From assembly GCA_049970895.1 (NCBI GenBank), contig JBMFMB010000024.1, forward strand, positions 1 through 16,840: a stretch of 16,840 nt of DNA. The letters run 5' to 3'. Shown piece after piece: positions 1 through 8,014 of this stretch. Under the pieces are notes generated by a model. The model was not told the DNA's origin. It made no database searches and saw nothing but the letters and a program-made list of their open reading frames with translations. The position numbers and the translations under genes were made by a program. Each line of letters starts with the position of its first letter. Position 1 is the stretch's first letter. The stretch comes from Candidatus Bathyarchaeia archaeon. GTDB lineage: Archaea; Thermoproteota; Bathyarchaeia; Bathyarchaeales; Bathycorpusculaceae.

Positions 1-177
1 CTTCTTGATTTTCACGGCGAGGGAGAGGGGGTCAGGTATAAACTCCAGCACAAGCTTCCCACCTTCAACCCTCATCAGAACCTTGTCCTCCTCGCTTATG
101 CCTAACCGTTCACATATACGCTTAGGTATGTAAACAGCTCCCTTTTTACCAACCTTAGATATAAAAACCTGGCTCAA
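1..177 (-). CDS. AbrB/MazE/SpoVT-family DNA-binding antitoxin (3' end runs off the window)
   Basis: Hand translation from TTG at 177 (alternative TTG at 183): MSQVFISKVGKKGAVYIPKRICERLGISEEDKVLMRVEGGKLVLEFIPDPLSLAVKIKK. Matches the swapped-hairpin pattern KVGxKGxxxIPKxIxExLGIxxxDxVxxxVEGGKLVL. Confidence 0.88.
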   Translation of the reverse strand, partial: MSQVFISKVGKKGAVYIPKRICERLGISEEDKVLMRVEGGKLVLEFIPDPLSLAVKIKK

Positions 178-185
178 ACGCAACC

Positions 186-208
186 CCAGAATAAAAATAA
201 AATTCTGG
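186..208. promoter_or_regulatory. Palindromic operator upstream of the AbrB antitoxin
   Basis: CCAGAAT-N9-ATTCTGG between the start codon and an AT-rich TATA-like tract (~211-220); extra TTCTGG half-site at 221-226. Confidence 0.5.
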
Positions 209-240
209 AAAATATAAATATTCTGGTATTCCCTTCGCGA

Positions 241-333
241 ACCGGTAGACCCGAAATAGATGCTTGGGATATCGCATTCACACCCGAGGGACCTAAACCG
301 CGAAAAGTACCCATAGAATTCGAGATAATTTAG
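241..333 (+). pseudogene. C-terminal fragment, probably of a retropepsin-like (clan AA) protease
   Basis: TGRPEIDAWDIAFTPEGPKPRKVPIEFEII*. No start codon; begins directly after CGCG (236-239). Resembles the xIGxxxxxxWxIxx tail of archaeal retropepsin-like proteins. Confidence 0.45.
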
Positions 334-434
334 CATCGTCACCCTGCGCGCGAGTTAGAAAGCAGAGTGGTCAAAGCCAGAAGCCAAATAAAACCATTTC
401 TTGTCCGAATTTAGTAACAGCCTAGTACGCTAGA

Positions 435-475
435 AAGGTTTAATATATTCCCGCTTAAACCTTCTGATTGAAATG
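435..475 (+). promoter_or_regulatory. Orphan BRE/TATA promoter with inverted repeat, followed by an ATG cut by a GCGCGC junction
   Basis: GAAAGGTTTAATATA; arms AAGGTTTAA (435-443) and TTAAACCTT (455-463); ATG at 473 runs into GCGCGC 475-480. Confidence 0.4.
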
Positions 476-596
476 CGCGCATAAGTGGTCATTAAATAGT
501 TTTAGGCTCTTTTTCTCAAAATAGGGCTGTTTTTGGCTTAGTTAAGTTTATAGGGGTGAGGGTGTCAAGGGATAGTTAAATCAACCTGCGCGCGCG
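476..596. mobile_element. Short CGCG-bounded segment carrying a degenerate copy of the 3670/4134 element end
   Basis: Left end CGCGCATAAGTG matches the 3670 terminus over 12 bp, then AAATAGTTTTAGGCTCTTTTT vs AAATGGTTTTAAGTCTGTTTTT. Right end CCTG-CGCGCGCG. Confidence 0.5.
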
Positions 597-781
597 AAGA
601 AATAGGGAAAAAGTATGGAAAAACCCCAGCACAAGTAGCACTCAACTGGTTAATTTCAAAGGAGAACGTCGTAGCCATACCAAAAGCAATCAACTTGGCT
701 CATGTAAAAGAGAACGCCGAAGCAATGGGATGGAGATTATCGAAGGACGATCTAGAGCTTATATCCTCACTCTTCAGCTGA
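596..781 (+). pseudogene. Aldo/keto reductase C-terminal fragment
   Basis: EEIGKKYGKTPAQVALNWLISKENVVAIPKAINLAHVKENAEAMGWRLSKDDLELISSLFS*. Has the AKR motifs TPAQVALxW, IPK and ENxxA. The 5' part is missing and the break is exactly at the GCGCGCGCG run 588-596. Confidence 0.9.
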
Positions 782-904
782 TAATTCAATAAGAGAAATC
801 GGCACCCTCAATTTTTTCAAATATGTCTTTCTCGCGCAATACTATAAGAGTCATCTCACATGAGGGGATCTTTGTAGCATAATATGGTTTTTCATGGCAA
901 CTTA

Positions 905-1258
905 TTAGTAGAGTAGGAGCGTCCACTCTCTGAGTTTTCCTGTGAGCGGATCCACTTGTAATCCTAAAACCTCCAGGGTTGTTACGCCGATAAGCACCTT
1001 ATCTATTACATCTGAAATAAGCGCTGGCACGACCTCGCTTCTTCCCTCTAACTCTATCCACACCCTCGAGCGCTCAAGCTCTAATCTCCCAGCACCAGTC
1101 TCAACGGTAGATTTCCCAGTTAACCTAAGATTAAGGTCAAGAGCCATCTTGCGCGGTATAATCGTAAGCGTGGCTCCAGTATCAACTAGAGCATCAACCT
1201 CAACGAACCTCGTAAGATTTTCATCGCCTATCTTGACCTTAACCCAAACATGACCCAA
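905..1258 (-). CDS. Clan AA (retropepsin-like) aspartic protease
   Basis: ALVDTGAT catalytic motif; C-terminal LIGVTTLEVLGLQVDPLTGKL; 117 aa. Confidence 0.9.
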   Translation of the reverse strand: MGHVWVKVKIGDENLTRFVEVDALVDTGATLTIIPRKMALDLNLRLTGKSTVETGAGRLELERSRVWIELEGRSEVVPALISDVIDKVLIGVTTLEVLGLQVDPLTGKLREWTLLLY

Positions 1259-1322
1259 GAATTACTCTCCGCAATAAATTTAATGAAAGTTAAAATTTAA
1301 ATCTATTTAGGAACATTAGAGG

Positions 1323-1639
1323 TTAAATCTGCTTTTTCCGTCTTTCCGCTTCTGCTTTAACTAAGTCTACAACCGCCTCAAGTATTGGCTTAAGATCACT
1401 ACGTAAACCGTGAAACTCTTCGTTAATTCTTGCTATTGAACTCTCGATACCAGAAAGTGCTTTTGCATTGTCAGCTAAAAGTTTCATGTTATGTGTGTTT
1501 ATCAGTAACATGAGATCTTGAACCCTCAGCTTTTTACCCCTAACTTTTCCACAGCATCCTTCAACAACGGATACGTTGAAATAATAATCTCAACGATGGA
1601 TTTAGGATCCCTTTTCCCCACTTCCCGCTCATTTAGCAT
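1323..1639 (-). pseudogene. Frameshifted small coiled-coil hypothetical protein
   Basis: ATG 1639 (SD-like GGGTGA): MLNEREVGKRDPKSIVEIIISTYPLLKDAVEKLG. Frame changes near 1535-1540 to GKKLRVQDLMLLINTHNMKLLADNAKALSGIESSIARINEEFHGLRSDLK... (ORF 1323..1511). Confidence 0.55.
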
Positions 1640-1695
1640 TCACCCTACCCAATTAAAACGATAAAATCTCATTTTATTATCCTTTTCCGCAAGTT

Positions 1696-1712
1696 TTATG
1701 AAACTTTCATAA
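1696..1712. promoter_or_regulatory. Perfect palindrome, putative operator
   Basis: TTATGAAA-C-TTTCATAA; its ACTTTCAT half-site also occurs in both arms of the 1278/1843 inverted repeat. Confidence 0.5.
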
Positions 1713-2030
1713 GCCGTAACTATCCGAAATAGCCAAGTCTGACTTTTCGCTGGTCCCCGGCAAAGCAAGTTACGACCGCCAACTAATAGGAGAAAACAGT
1801 GGTTAATGAGAAGAAATGATTTAAAGTTTAACTTTCATTAAATAAATTTAGATCTGCACGTTTAAATACCTCTCTAGCGACCGCAAGAATTACCATGAAT
1901 ATTTTTCAGCACGTATAATAATCATATGTTTACAGCGAAGCGATTAGAACACACTAAACAGCGGATGGTTTTTAACCAGCGGCTTTATCCCTAGGCTTTT
2001 TGCATGATATGCTATTATTGCATCGATCAT

Positions 2031-2141
2031 CGCGCAAACAGGGAAGATCTACTTGGCCTTTTCTATGGACCATAGATTATGAAGTTTGCTCCCTCTGTTT
2101 GTGCAAGGGCTAATGCTCCGCCCCTACAAGCTATCTTCGCG
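2031..2141 (-). pseudogene. Possible PIN-domain (DUF3368-like) internal fragment bounded by CGCG on both sides
   Basis: Minus strand reads GALALAQTEGANFII, resembling the GEAEAIALAxExxAxxLIxDD motif; short and degraded. Confidence 0.3.
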
Positions 2142-2459
2142 TCCTTTTCTAGACCTTTGGTTTTGCCCATTTTCCCACAACGCCCATTGGCGCAGTTTCA
2201 GTTGGAAAAACCAAACTTCTCTTTAGCTGAGTGTACGCCGTAACCGCAAAACATATGCCTTGAACATCTAGAACCGGCATGAAGATTAGAGGTTTCCCTA
2301 TTCCAGCCATTAAAGACTTGGCGATTAATCCATCTTTTTCCGAGGACTTTTCGAGAATTTGAATCATTCGTCCGGATACGGGTTTCTGAGGTTGAAGGCT
2401 TGTTCTACGGAACCTTTTGCGGAAGAGAAAGGCTTGTCACCAATTGAGGAAATGCTCGG

Positions 2460-2611
2460 ATGGCTCGATGTAAAATTTGCGGTCATGGACTGTCGGTGTT
2501 TACAAGCACAGCTTTTACTGCCCAAAGCTTGACACAAAAACGCATATAACGCTTGAAGAGGAGCTTGAAAACACATGCCACTGCGATTACTGCGCGTTAG
2601 GGTGTTGCTAA
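2460..2611 (+). pseudogene. Possible small Cys-rich (Zn-finger-like) gene with a frameshift
   Basis: MARCKICGHGLSV, then -1 shift near 2500, then YKHSFYCPKLDTKTHITLEEELENTCHCDYCALGCC*. Confidence 0.3.
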
Positions 2612-2830
2612 TTCTTTCATTTGACGCGTGCATGTGCACTTGGCCTTAGCCACCCCTTTATGAATCAGGAAATTTACACAAAAACATTAATTTAGCAACA
2701 AGCTATCACGCGTCAACCCCATAATACTTGCAACAGCAAAAACCTAAACGCAAAAATAATCACAGGAGACGAGCACTCCGACAATCTCGCTTTTCCCTTT
2801 CAAATCCAAAAGAAACCAAAATGTTCACCT

Positions 2831-3382
2831 CTAATATTGCTGTGCCATTATGTCTTCTAGAATTTGAAGTGTGCCCTCTTTTTCTGCTTTACGCCTAACC
2901 GCCTCCAAATCAACCCTTGTAAATTTCAGTATGGCTTTCACGTCGTCCACATCCTTCTGTGCTCTTTCTCGGGGCACTGTTGCCTTAATCATTCGCAGTT
3001 TTGCCAAAACCAAATCCTCTGGCATCTGGAAAAAAGCCCTCAAACCAGCCATTTTACCCCTTTTCCTATCAAATTTTTTGTCAGAAATTATTACGTCAAC
3101 ATTGTATGGTGTTTCCCTATCCCTAAAACTGGCTATCCCATAGCCGGACTCTAAAGCGCGGTCAATTTCTGCTTCATCAACATCTAATCCAGCCTTACGC
3201 AAAGCATCAACAAGCTTTGCTTTACATGCATCATCAGAAACATAAACTATAACGTCAACATCCACCGTTGTCCGCGGAACACCATAAAAGCTGACTGCCA
3301 AAGCACCAGTAAAAGCATAATTCAATTCAGCCTTCTCAAAACCCATTATAAGACGCTTAACGAAATCATAAAAAGCTTCCAA
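2831..3382 (-). CDS. Nucleotidyltransferase toxin, MenT1/AbiEii-like
   Basis: Motifs YAFTGALAVSFYGVPRTTVDVDV, PEDLVLAKL and RAQKDVDDV. Likely start is TTG 3382, 1 nt after the stop of the upstream small gene (ORF track extends it to 3442). Confidence 0.85.
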   Translation of the reverse strand: MEAFYDFVKRLIMGFEKAELNYAFTGALAVSFYGVPRTTVDVDVIVYVSDDACKAKLVDALRKAGLDVDEAEIDRALESGYGIASFRDRETPYNVDVIISDKKFDRKRGKMAGLRAFFQMPEDLVLAKLRMIKATVPRERAQKDVDDVKAILKFTRVDLEAVRRKAEKEGTLQILEDIMAQQY

Positions 3383-3383
3383 A

Positions 3384-3584
3384 TTAAACGCCTTTTCTGC
3401 CCCAGCGTTTGCTCCATTCAAGCCTTTCCCGCAATTTTTCAATAAGCTCTCTTTCGGTTATGTTTGGATTCTGCGCCTTAATGCCGTTAGCACAAACCCT
3501 CACAACAAAATCCGACAGGCCAATGGCTAACATAACCTTCTCCTCCGGCTTAAGCCTTCCAAGCCTATCCGCATCCTTACCCAA
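3384..3584 (-). CDS. Small helical antitoxin, MenA1 (Rv0078B)-like
   Basis: 66 aa, PEEKVMLAIGLSDFVVRVCANGIKAQNPNITERELIEKLRERL; closely coupled upstream of the NTase; BRE/TATA-like AGAAGGTTAAAG at ~3616-3627. Confidence 0.65.
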   Translation of the reverse strand: MGKDADRLGRLKPEEKVMLAIGLSDFVVRVCANGIKAQNPNITERELIEKLRERLEWSKRWGRKGV

Positions 3585-3669
3585 GCCCTACACACTCGCG
3601 CCATTGTCCTTGAAGCTTTAACCTTCTAATTAGACTTTTCGCCGCGAACGGTTGCCTACCAAGCTCCGA

Positions 3670-4134
3670 CGCGCATAAGTGTTGAAAAATTGTTAAAAAT
3701 GGTTTTAAGTCTGTTTTTAATTATTTACAGTTGTTATGGCCTCTTTTGATGAGCGCGTCTTAAGAGTTCTGAGCGATGGTAGAAAGAGGATTTTTCCGAG
3801 CTTTCAAGCGTTGTGGATTTCTCCACAACACCCTGCGACTGGTCTCGAAGCCTTGTGGACAGAGGTCTAATTTTAAAGGAGAAAATGCCCAGGAAAGGTC
3901 ATGGAAGACAATGTTCACATACGCCATATCCCATTTCTAAAGCGCCAAATAATCCGCATACTGTCAGAACCATACACAGAATTTGTTCACCTTCTTAGTA
4001 AACTGAAACGTCTCTGCAGGTTTGAGAAGGGCGGATACTACAAGAAAAGGGCGTATGCGAAGCCAAAAATGCCCAGAAATCCAAAAAGGAGAATAAAAAC
4101 CATTAAAAACCAAATAATTCAACACTTATGCGCG
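3670..4134. mobile_element. Non-autonomous inverted-repeat-bounded element (CGCG-CATAAGTGTTGAA ... TTCAACACTTATG-CGCG)
   Basis: Perfect 17-bp inverted repeat 3670-3686 / 4118-4134 with imperfect extension to AATGGTTTT; CGCG on both flanks; a single passenger gene and no transposase. Confidence 0.75.
3736..4096 (+). pseudogene. Winged-helix (ArsR-like) protein with C-terminal Cys cluster, multiply frameshifted
   Basis: Reconstructed across frames: MASFDERVLRVLSDGRKRIF..VDFS.NTLRL..LVDRGLILKEKMPRKGHGR..FTYAI..LKRQIIRILSEPYTEFV..SKLKRLCRFEKGGYYKKR..C..KCPEIQKGE*. Contains an HTH recognition helix and a GR.xxY wing. Confidence 0.7.
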
Positions 4135-4283
4135 CTTTAGCTAAATGTAGCCTATCCTGCAAGTTTCTACTGTGCTCACGTCACCCTCTTGGAACAGTTA
4201 GGTTTTCAGTTATAAGGCGCTCAGCTGGCACTGTTATGGCATATTCACGGGTTGCAAAGCCTAGAAAGGGGGGTAGGTTTAGG

Positions 4284-4510
4284 ATGCCTGATAAGAAACG
4301 CATCGTGAAGATAGTTGAAACGTTATCAGGATTAAGAACTTCTGCGAGATCAAAACCTAGGGGCTCGTGTAAGGCTGATAGGTGAGCTGGAAAGGCTTTT
4401 CCCCTACGCCAAGGAGACGGCTTGAACGGTTGAGAACCGCGAGTTTTGGGTGAGAGCGAGGAGCAAAAGAAACTAGGCGTCAATAGCGCCTGAGCTGAAG
4501 TTTAACATGT
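4284..4510 (+). pseudogene. Degraded copy A of an unknown helical protein (paralog of 5239-5409)
   Basis: MPDKKRIVKIVETLSGLRTS, then frameshifts. DNA 4348-4450 aligns with 5304-5408 (e.g. TAAGGCTGATAGGTGAGCTGGAAAGGCTTTTCCCCTACGCC vs TAAGGCTGATTGATGAGCTTGAAAGGCTTTTCCTCTACGCC). Confidence 0.6.
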
Positions 4511-4596
4511 CCTATTTGAAGGGTGAGGGCGGTTTAACCCTTCGGCGGGAAGCCTTATAAAAGGCGGAGAGCTGCTTCATTAGGGATGGGAGAGTT

Positions 4597-4971
4597 ATGG
4601 CCAGCCTTGAAAGGGTTAAACTCATCGAGCGCCTGCTCAGCGAAGCCGACGGTTTTCTGGAGAGGGGCGACGCCGTCCAGTCTTCTGAGAAGCTCTATAA
4701 GGCAGCTGAGGAGTGCATAAAAACCCTTGCAGAGCGCTTAAACCTGAAAGAGGTTAAGGAAGCAGAAGAGAAAGGTCGATGGACGGTGACGCTTCTCGAA
4801 AAAGCCGTTGGAAAACTCACAGAAAAATTGGGGATGGACGTGGAAATCGGATGGGACGCGGCAAACTACCTCCACATATGGGGGTTCCATGAAACAAAAC
4901 TCGACGTGGAAGACGTTAAGAGAAGACTCCCTATAATAGTAAGACTTAAGGAGCTAACACAGAAAACCTAG
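4597..4971 (+). CDS. PaREP1-family (HEPN-like) protein
   Basis: GDAVQSSEKLYKAAEECIK and WDAANYLHIWGFHE motifs; TATA CTTATAA at ~4554-4560 and GGGAGAG before the ATG. Confidence 0.92.
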   Translation: MASLERVKLIERLLSEADGFLERGDAVQSSEKLYKAAEECIKTLAERLNLKEVKEAEEKGRWTVTLLEKAVGKLTEKLGMDVEIGWDAANYLHIWGFHETKLDVEDVKRRLPIIVRLKELTQKT

Positions 4972-5238
4972 GCAAAACAAACCAAAAGGCGGACACATCT
5001 CGTTTCGCCACCAAACCCACAACAATTCAACATCAGAATATGCTTTTTATTAAATGTTCGCGTGAAATGCTTTAAATTCTAATGCTGAAAAATTACGCGC
5101 GCATATCAGCGGGTCACGGCATATTCGTAAGCCAGAAAGCGTAAAGGGGGCCTAGAGGGGGGTGCGGAATGGCTGATTTTATGACCAAAATTTTGACCAA
5201 AAACCATCAAAATTTTAGCTAAAACGGGAGGCGATAAA

Positions 5239-5409
5239 ATGGTTAGGAAAAACCGCATTGTAATGATTCAGGAAAGCCTCATTAAAATGAGGAGTTTCTG
5301 CAAGATCAAAACTCAGGAGCTTCGCATAAGGCTGATTGATGAGCTTGAAAGGCTTTTCCTCTACGCCCAAGAAAAGGCTCGAACGGCTGAAAACCGTGAG
5401 GTTTGGTGA
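5239..5409 (+). pseudogene. Copy B of the unknown helical protein, probably prematurely terminated
   Basis: SD GGGAGG, then MVRKNRIVMIQESLIKMRSFCKIKTQELRIRLIDELERLFLYAQEKARTAENREVW*. Similarity to copy A resumes near 5515-5527 (GCTGAGTTAACAT vs GCTGAAGTTTAACAT). Confidence 0.6.
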
Positions 5410-5581
5410 AAATCTGCGGCGTTTTATTGTTGTTTGTTGGCTGTTAATTTTGGGTTTCCATCCTAAAGCTTTGGTCCTTAAAGTCCCGTTGTGTTTTGAC
5501 ATCGATCTGACGAAGCTGAGTTAACATAGCCCGAACTGGTGGGGCAACAGAGAGAGAATGTCACACGCTTGAGCAATGGTG

Positions 5582-6060
5582 TCAAACAGAAAGTGCTTTC
5601 AAATGGTTTTCGCTTATATATATCTCAAGCTTTCTCGTTTTGACGCCGATACCACTTAAGATGTCAATAATCTCGCTGCATGAACTTTTTGGAACCAAGA
5701 TGCAGCCTTCACTAAGTTTAATGCCTCCTGCCTTGGTAACAGCGCCTTCACCTCCCTTCTTGTAAAGGAGGTAGAAAGCCTTCATTTTATCCTTATAGTC
5801 TAAACCAGACATATTATAGAGGATCAAACAAAATGGTTTCAGGTTTATGGGCTTGAGAAAGACTTCGAGGGGCAATCTGGCAAAAAGTACTTTTCCATTC
5901 TTGAACAACTCGTCTAAGAAAACCGGATTAGCCGTCTTAAGCTCTTCAAGAGTTTCAGGAATCACGTGCAAGTTCATTCCAAGATTACCTACGGCTTGAA
6001 AAAGCCCATCCCAACTCCGCCACATTGAAGCCGCCAGGTTGTATGTCTTGACTTCCTATT
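5582..6060 (-). pseudogene. 5'-truncated nucleotidyltransferase-domain protein with C-terminal ferredoxin-like domain
   Basis: Retains the NTase tail (LEELKTANPVFLDELFKNGKVLF) and a C-domain (LILYNMSGLDYKDKMKAFYLLY...GGIKLSEGCILVP). The N-terminal GSxARG/DxD motif is absent and upstream sequence stops at CGCG 6061. Confidence 0.65.
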
Positions 6061-6226
6061 CGCGCACGACTTGATAGTAAAAGTCACAAACCTCACGAAG
6101 GCACATAAATAATAGCGTAAAGCTGGACATTCACTGCATTCCTGGACTTTGTAGCTTCAATGGGAAGTATGTTCAATTTTGGTGAAAACGTATCAAATCG
6201 CAGGGGGAGAGTTAACATGCGCGGCG

Positions 6227-6568
6227 TTAGACGTACTTTTTGCAATTGTAGCAATACCATCTTTGATATTGCTGAATATAACTTAGCGGCCCCTTACATG
6301 TTGGGCATATTGGCTGGGTAGGCTGTGTTGGCGCAGCCACTTCTGCGGCTGGTTTTAGAACCACAAAATCTCCTGCTCCTTGGATGTTCTCCCAAGGGAT
6401 GTCGCGAATTTCACCATCCTTGTCTTCCACACTCAGCGAAATGCCTATCTTTCCAAGGGTGAAGCTTACATCCTTAACTGTTCCAACGAGGTTTCCATCA
6501 GCGTCAATAACCTTCATACCTACGAGTTTTTCTTTGGTTATGGTCTTTTCTTTCTGCGGCTTGGACAT
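6227..6568 (-). CDS. PRC-barrel protein with C-terminal Zn-ribbon
   Basis: KLVGMKVIDADGNLVGTVKDV...IPWENIQGAGDFVVLK; Pro/Gln linker; CPTC...WYCYNCKKY. Confidence 0.88.
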   Translation of the reverse strand: MSKPQKEKTITKEKLVGMKVIDADGNLVGTVKDVSFTLGKIGISLSVEDKDGEIRDIPWENIQGAGDFVVLKPAAEVAAPTQPTQPICPTCKGPLSYIQQYQRWYCYNCKKYV

Positions 6569-6683
6569 AAAACTCGCCTTTTAAAAATATTTGCATTAAG
6601 GACCCTAATAAGCTTTGACCATGATGTAGTAAAGCTAATAAAGCCAATAGAAACAATAGCTGAAGCAAAGTGGAGCAGTTAAT

Positions 6684-7400
6684 ATGTCGGCAAAATCTGT
6701 AGAAGCAATATCGAAAGGCGTAGACATTTCAACGAAAAACCCCGTTTTATTCGTTCCAACCCTTGCACCCTTAACAATTCAGCTAATCTTCCTAATACTG
6801 GCTTACGTTGTTTTCCCTGTTAGGTACGGCGTATACCCCATGTTCTATGTTGAAGCTCCAAACCCGGTGCTCATATGGGGAGGCTACTTTATTGCGGCCA
6901 TAGTCGGGTTCATTGCCAGCTGCATGATTGTTGACATGGCCAACGACGTCATCAATGGGCATCCAATAGACCTGAAGAAGAGCATGAACCTCATTATGAG
7001 CAGATTGGGAACCCTAATTCTTGTAGCTATAATCTCAGCAATCTGTTTCATCACATTCATCCTGATTCCAGTAGCTCTTTTCATTATTACTATTGCCATA
7101 ATAGAGGGAACAGACGCTATTGAAAGCACAAAAAGGGCTTTTGACTTCATCATCAAAAACTTGGAAGAAGTAATCGTCTTCATAATCATAGTAATTGTAG
7201 TTTCCATAATCCTCGGCTTCGTTTTCGCATTAATACCAATTGTCGGCGCTTACATAGGAGCAATAGCAAGCTGGGTTGTAAATGTTATTTTCACAGTGGC
7301 ATCCGTACACTTTTATCTTACTCTAAGACAAGCATTACCACCGCCTCCACCCCAGCCTCCACCTCCTCCTCCGCCTCCACCGCCTCCACCAGCTTTTTAA
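6684..7400 (+). CDS. Multi-pass membrane protein with C-terminal polyproline tail
   Basis: About 5-6 hydrophobic segments; ends LPPPPPQPPPPPPPPPPPPAF. Confidence 0.85.
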   Translation: MSAKSVEAISKGVDISTKNPVLFVPTLAPLTIQLIFLILAYVVFPVRYGVYPMFYVEAPNPVLIWGGYFIAAIVGFIASCMIVDMANDVINGHPIDLKKSMNLIMSRLGTLILVAIISAICFITFILIPVALFIITIAIIEGTDAIESTKRAFDFIIKNLEEVIVFIIIVIVVSIILGFVFALIPIVGAYIGAIASWVVNVIFTVASVHFYLTLRQALPPPPPQPPPPPPPPPPPPAF

Positions 7401-7447
7401 CAGGTGCATGAACCATCTGCGAACAACAGCCCGGTTCAGTGTTACAC

Positions 7448-7831
7448 TTAAACCCGCTTTCTCCTTCCCACATACTCTTCTAGTATTTCGTCAACGCTTT
7501 TTGGTTTCATTTTCCATTTCTCTATAATTGAGGATTTTTCAATCTGTTTTCTGTACCATGCCTTTTTCCTGTCATAGTGTATGACTAATATGAAGGCTAC
7601 TGATGAGATGCCGAACCCTACTATGGTTAAAATCAATCCAAGACTTGCTGTTGCTGTTTGAAGCTGCCAATAAATGGAGAAAGGCCACAACGTCTGCCCT
7701 CCGGAAACGATTATTGTCACCACTAGACCGGCGGTTGAAAGGTGAATGCCCAAAATTATCAATAGGAAAGCTAAGATCTCGTTGTGGGCGCTTTCCTCAG
7801 CCTTTCTGTGAAGCCAATCTTCCACTAACAT
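7448..7831 (-). CDS. Two-TM hypothetical membrane protein
   Basis: 127-aa ORF with two hydrophobic helices and a basic tail; paralog of the pseudogene at 12475-12894. Confidence 0.8.
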   Translation of the reverse strand: MLVEDWLHRKAEESAHNEILAFLLIILGIHLSTAGLVVTIIVSGGQTLWPFSIYWQLQTATASLGLILTIVGFGISSVAFILVIHYDRKKAWYRKQIEKSSIIEKWKMKPKSVDEILEEYVGRRKRV

Positions 7832-8014
7832 TCTAAGTCACGCGTTCAAAGTCTATGCATTAAAGGGTTAAATGGACAAGTAAACCTTCCGAATTTGGAA
7901 TATAGATTATCAGGATTGTTCTATAATTTGCCTACCTTTATATGGAAGCGTCTTCGAGAAAGCGTGCTGCAATTGGAAAATTTCTTTATCCATGTTTTGG
8001 TCGAAGTCTGTCGT

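Larger units (their letters stand above)
1278..1843. repeat. 26-bp inverted repeat pair (1278-1303 / 1818-1843, 25 of 26 identical)
   Basis: ATTTAATGAAAGTTAAAATTTAAATC vs the reverse complement of GATTTAAAGTTTAACTTTCATTAAAT; one mismatch. Confidence 0.85.

Noticed and set aside
453-3633. Similarity GCTTAAACCTTCTGATTG (453-470) vs GCTTTAACCTTCTAATTAG (~3615-3633)
   Set aside because: Explainable as generic BRE-TATA promoter sequence on the minus strand.
5182-5202. Direct repeat TGACCAAAA x2 as iterons or origin
   Set aside because: Only two short copies and no replication gene nearby.
4181-5502. Minus-strand ORFs 4181..4483 and 5215..5502 as genes
   Set aside because: The plus-strand reading has an SD, a start codon and protein-like composition; the similarity between the minus ORFs is a by-product of the duplicated module.
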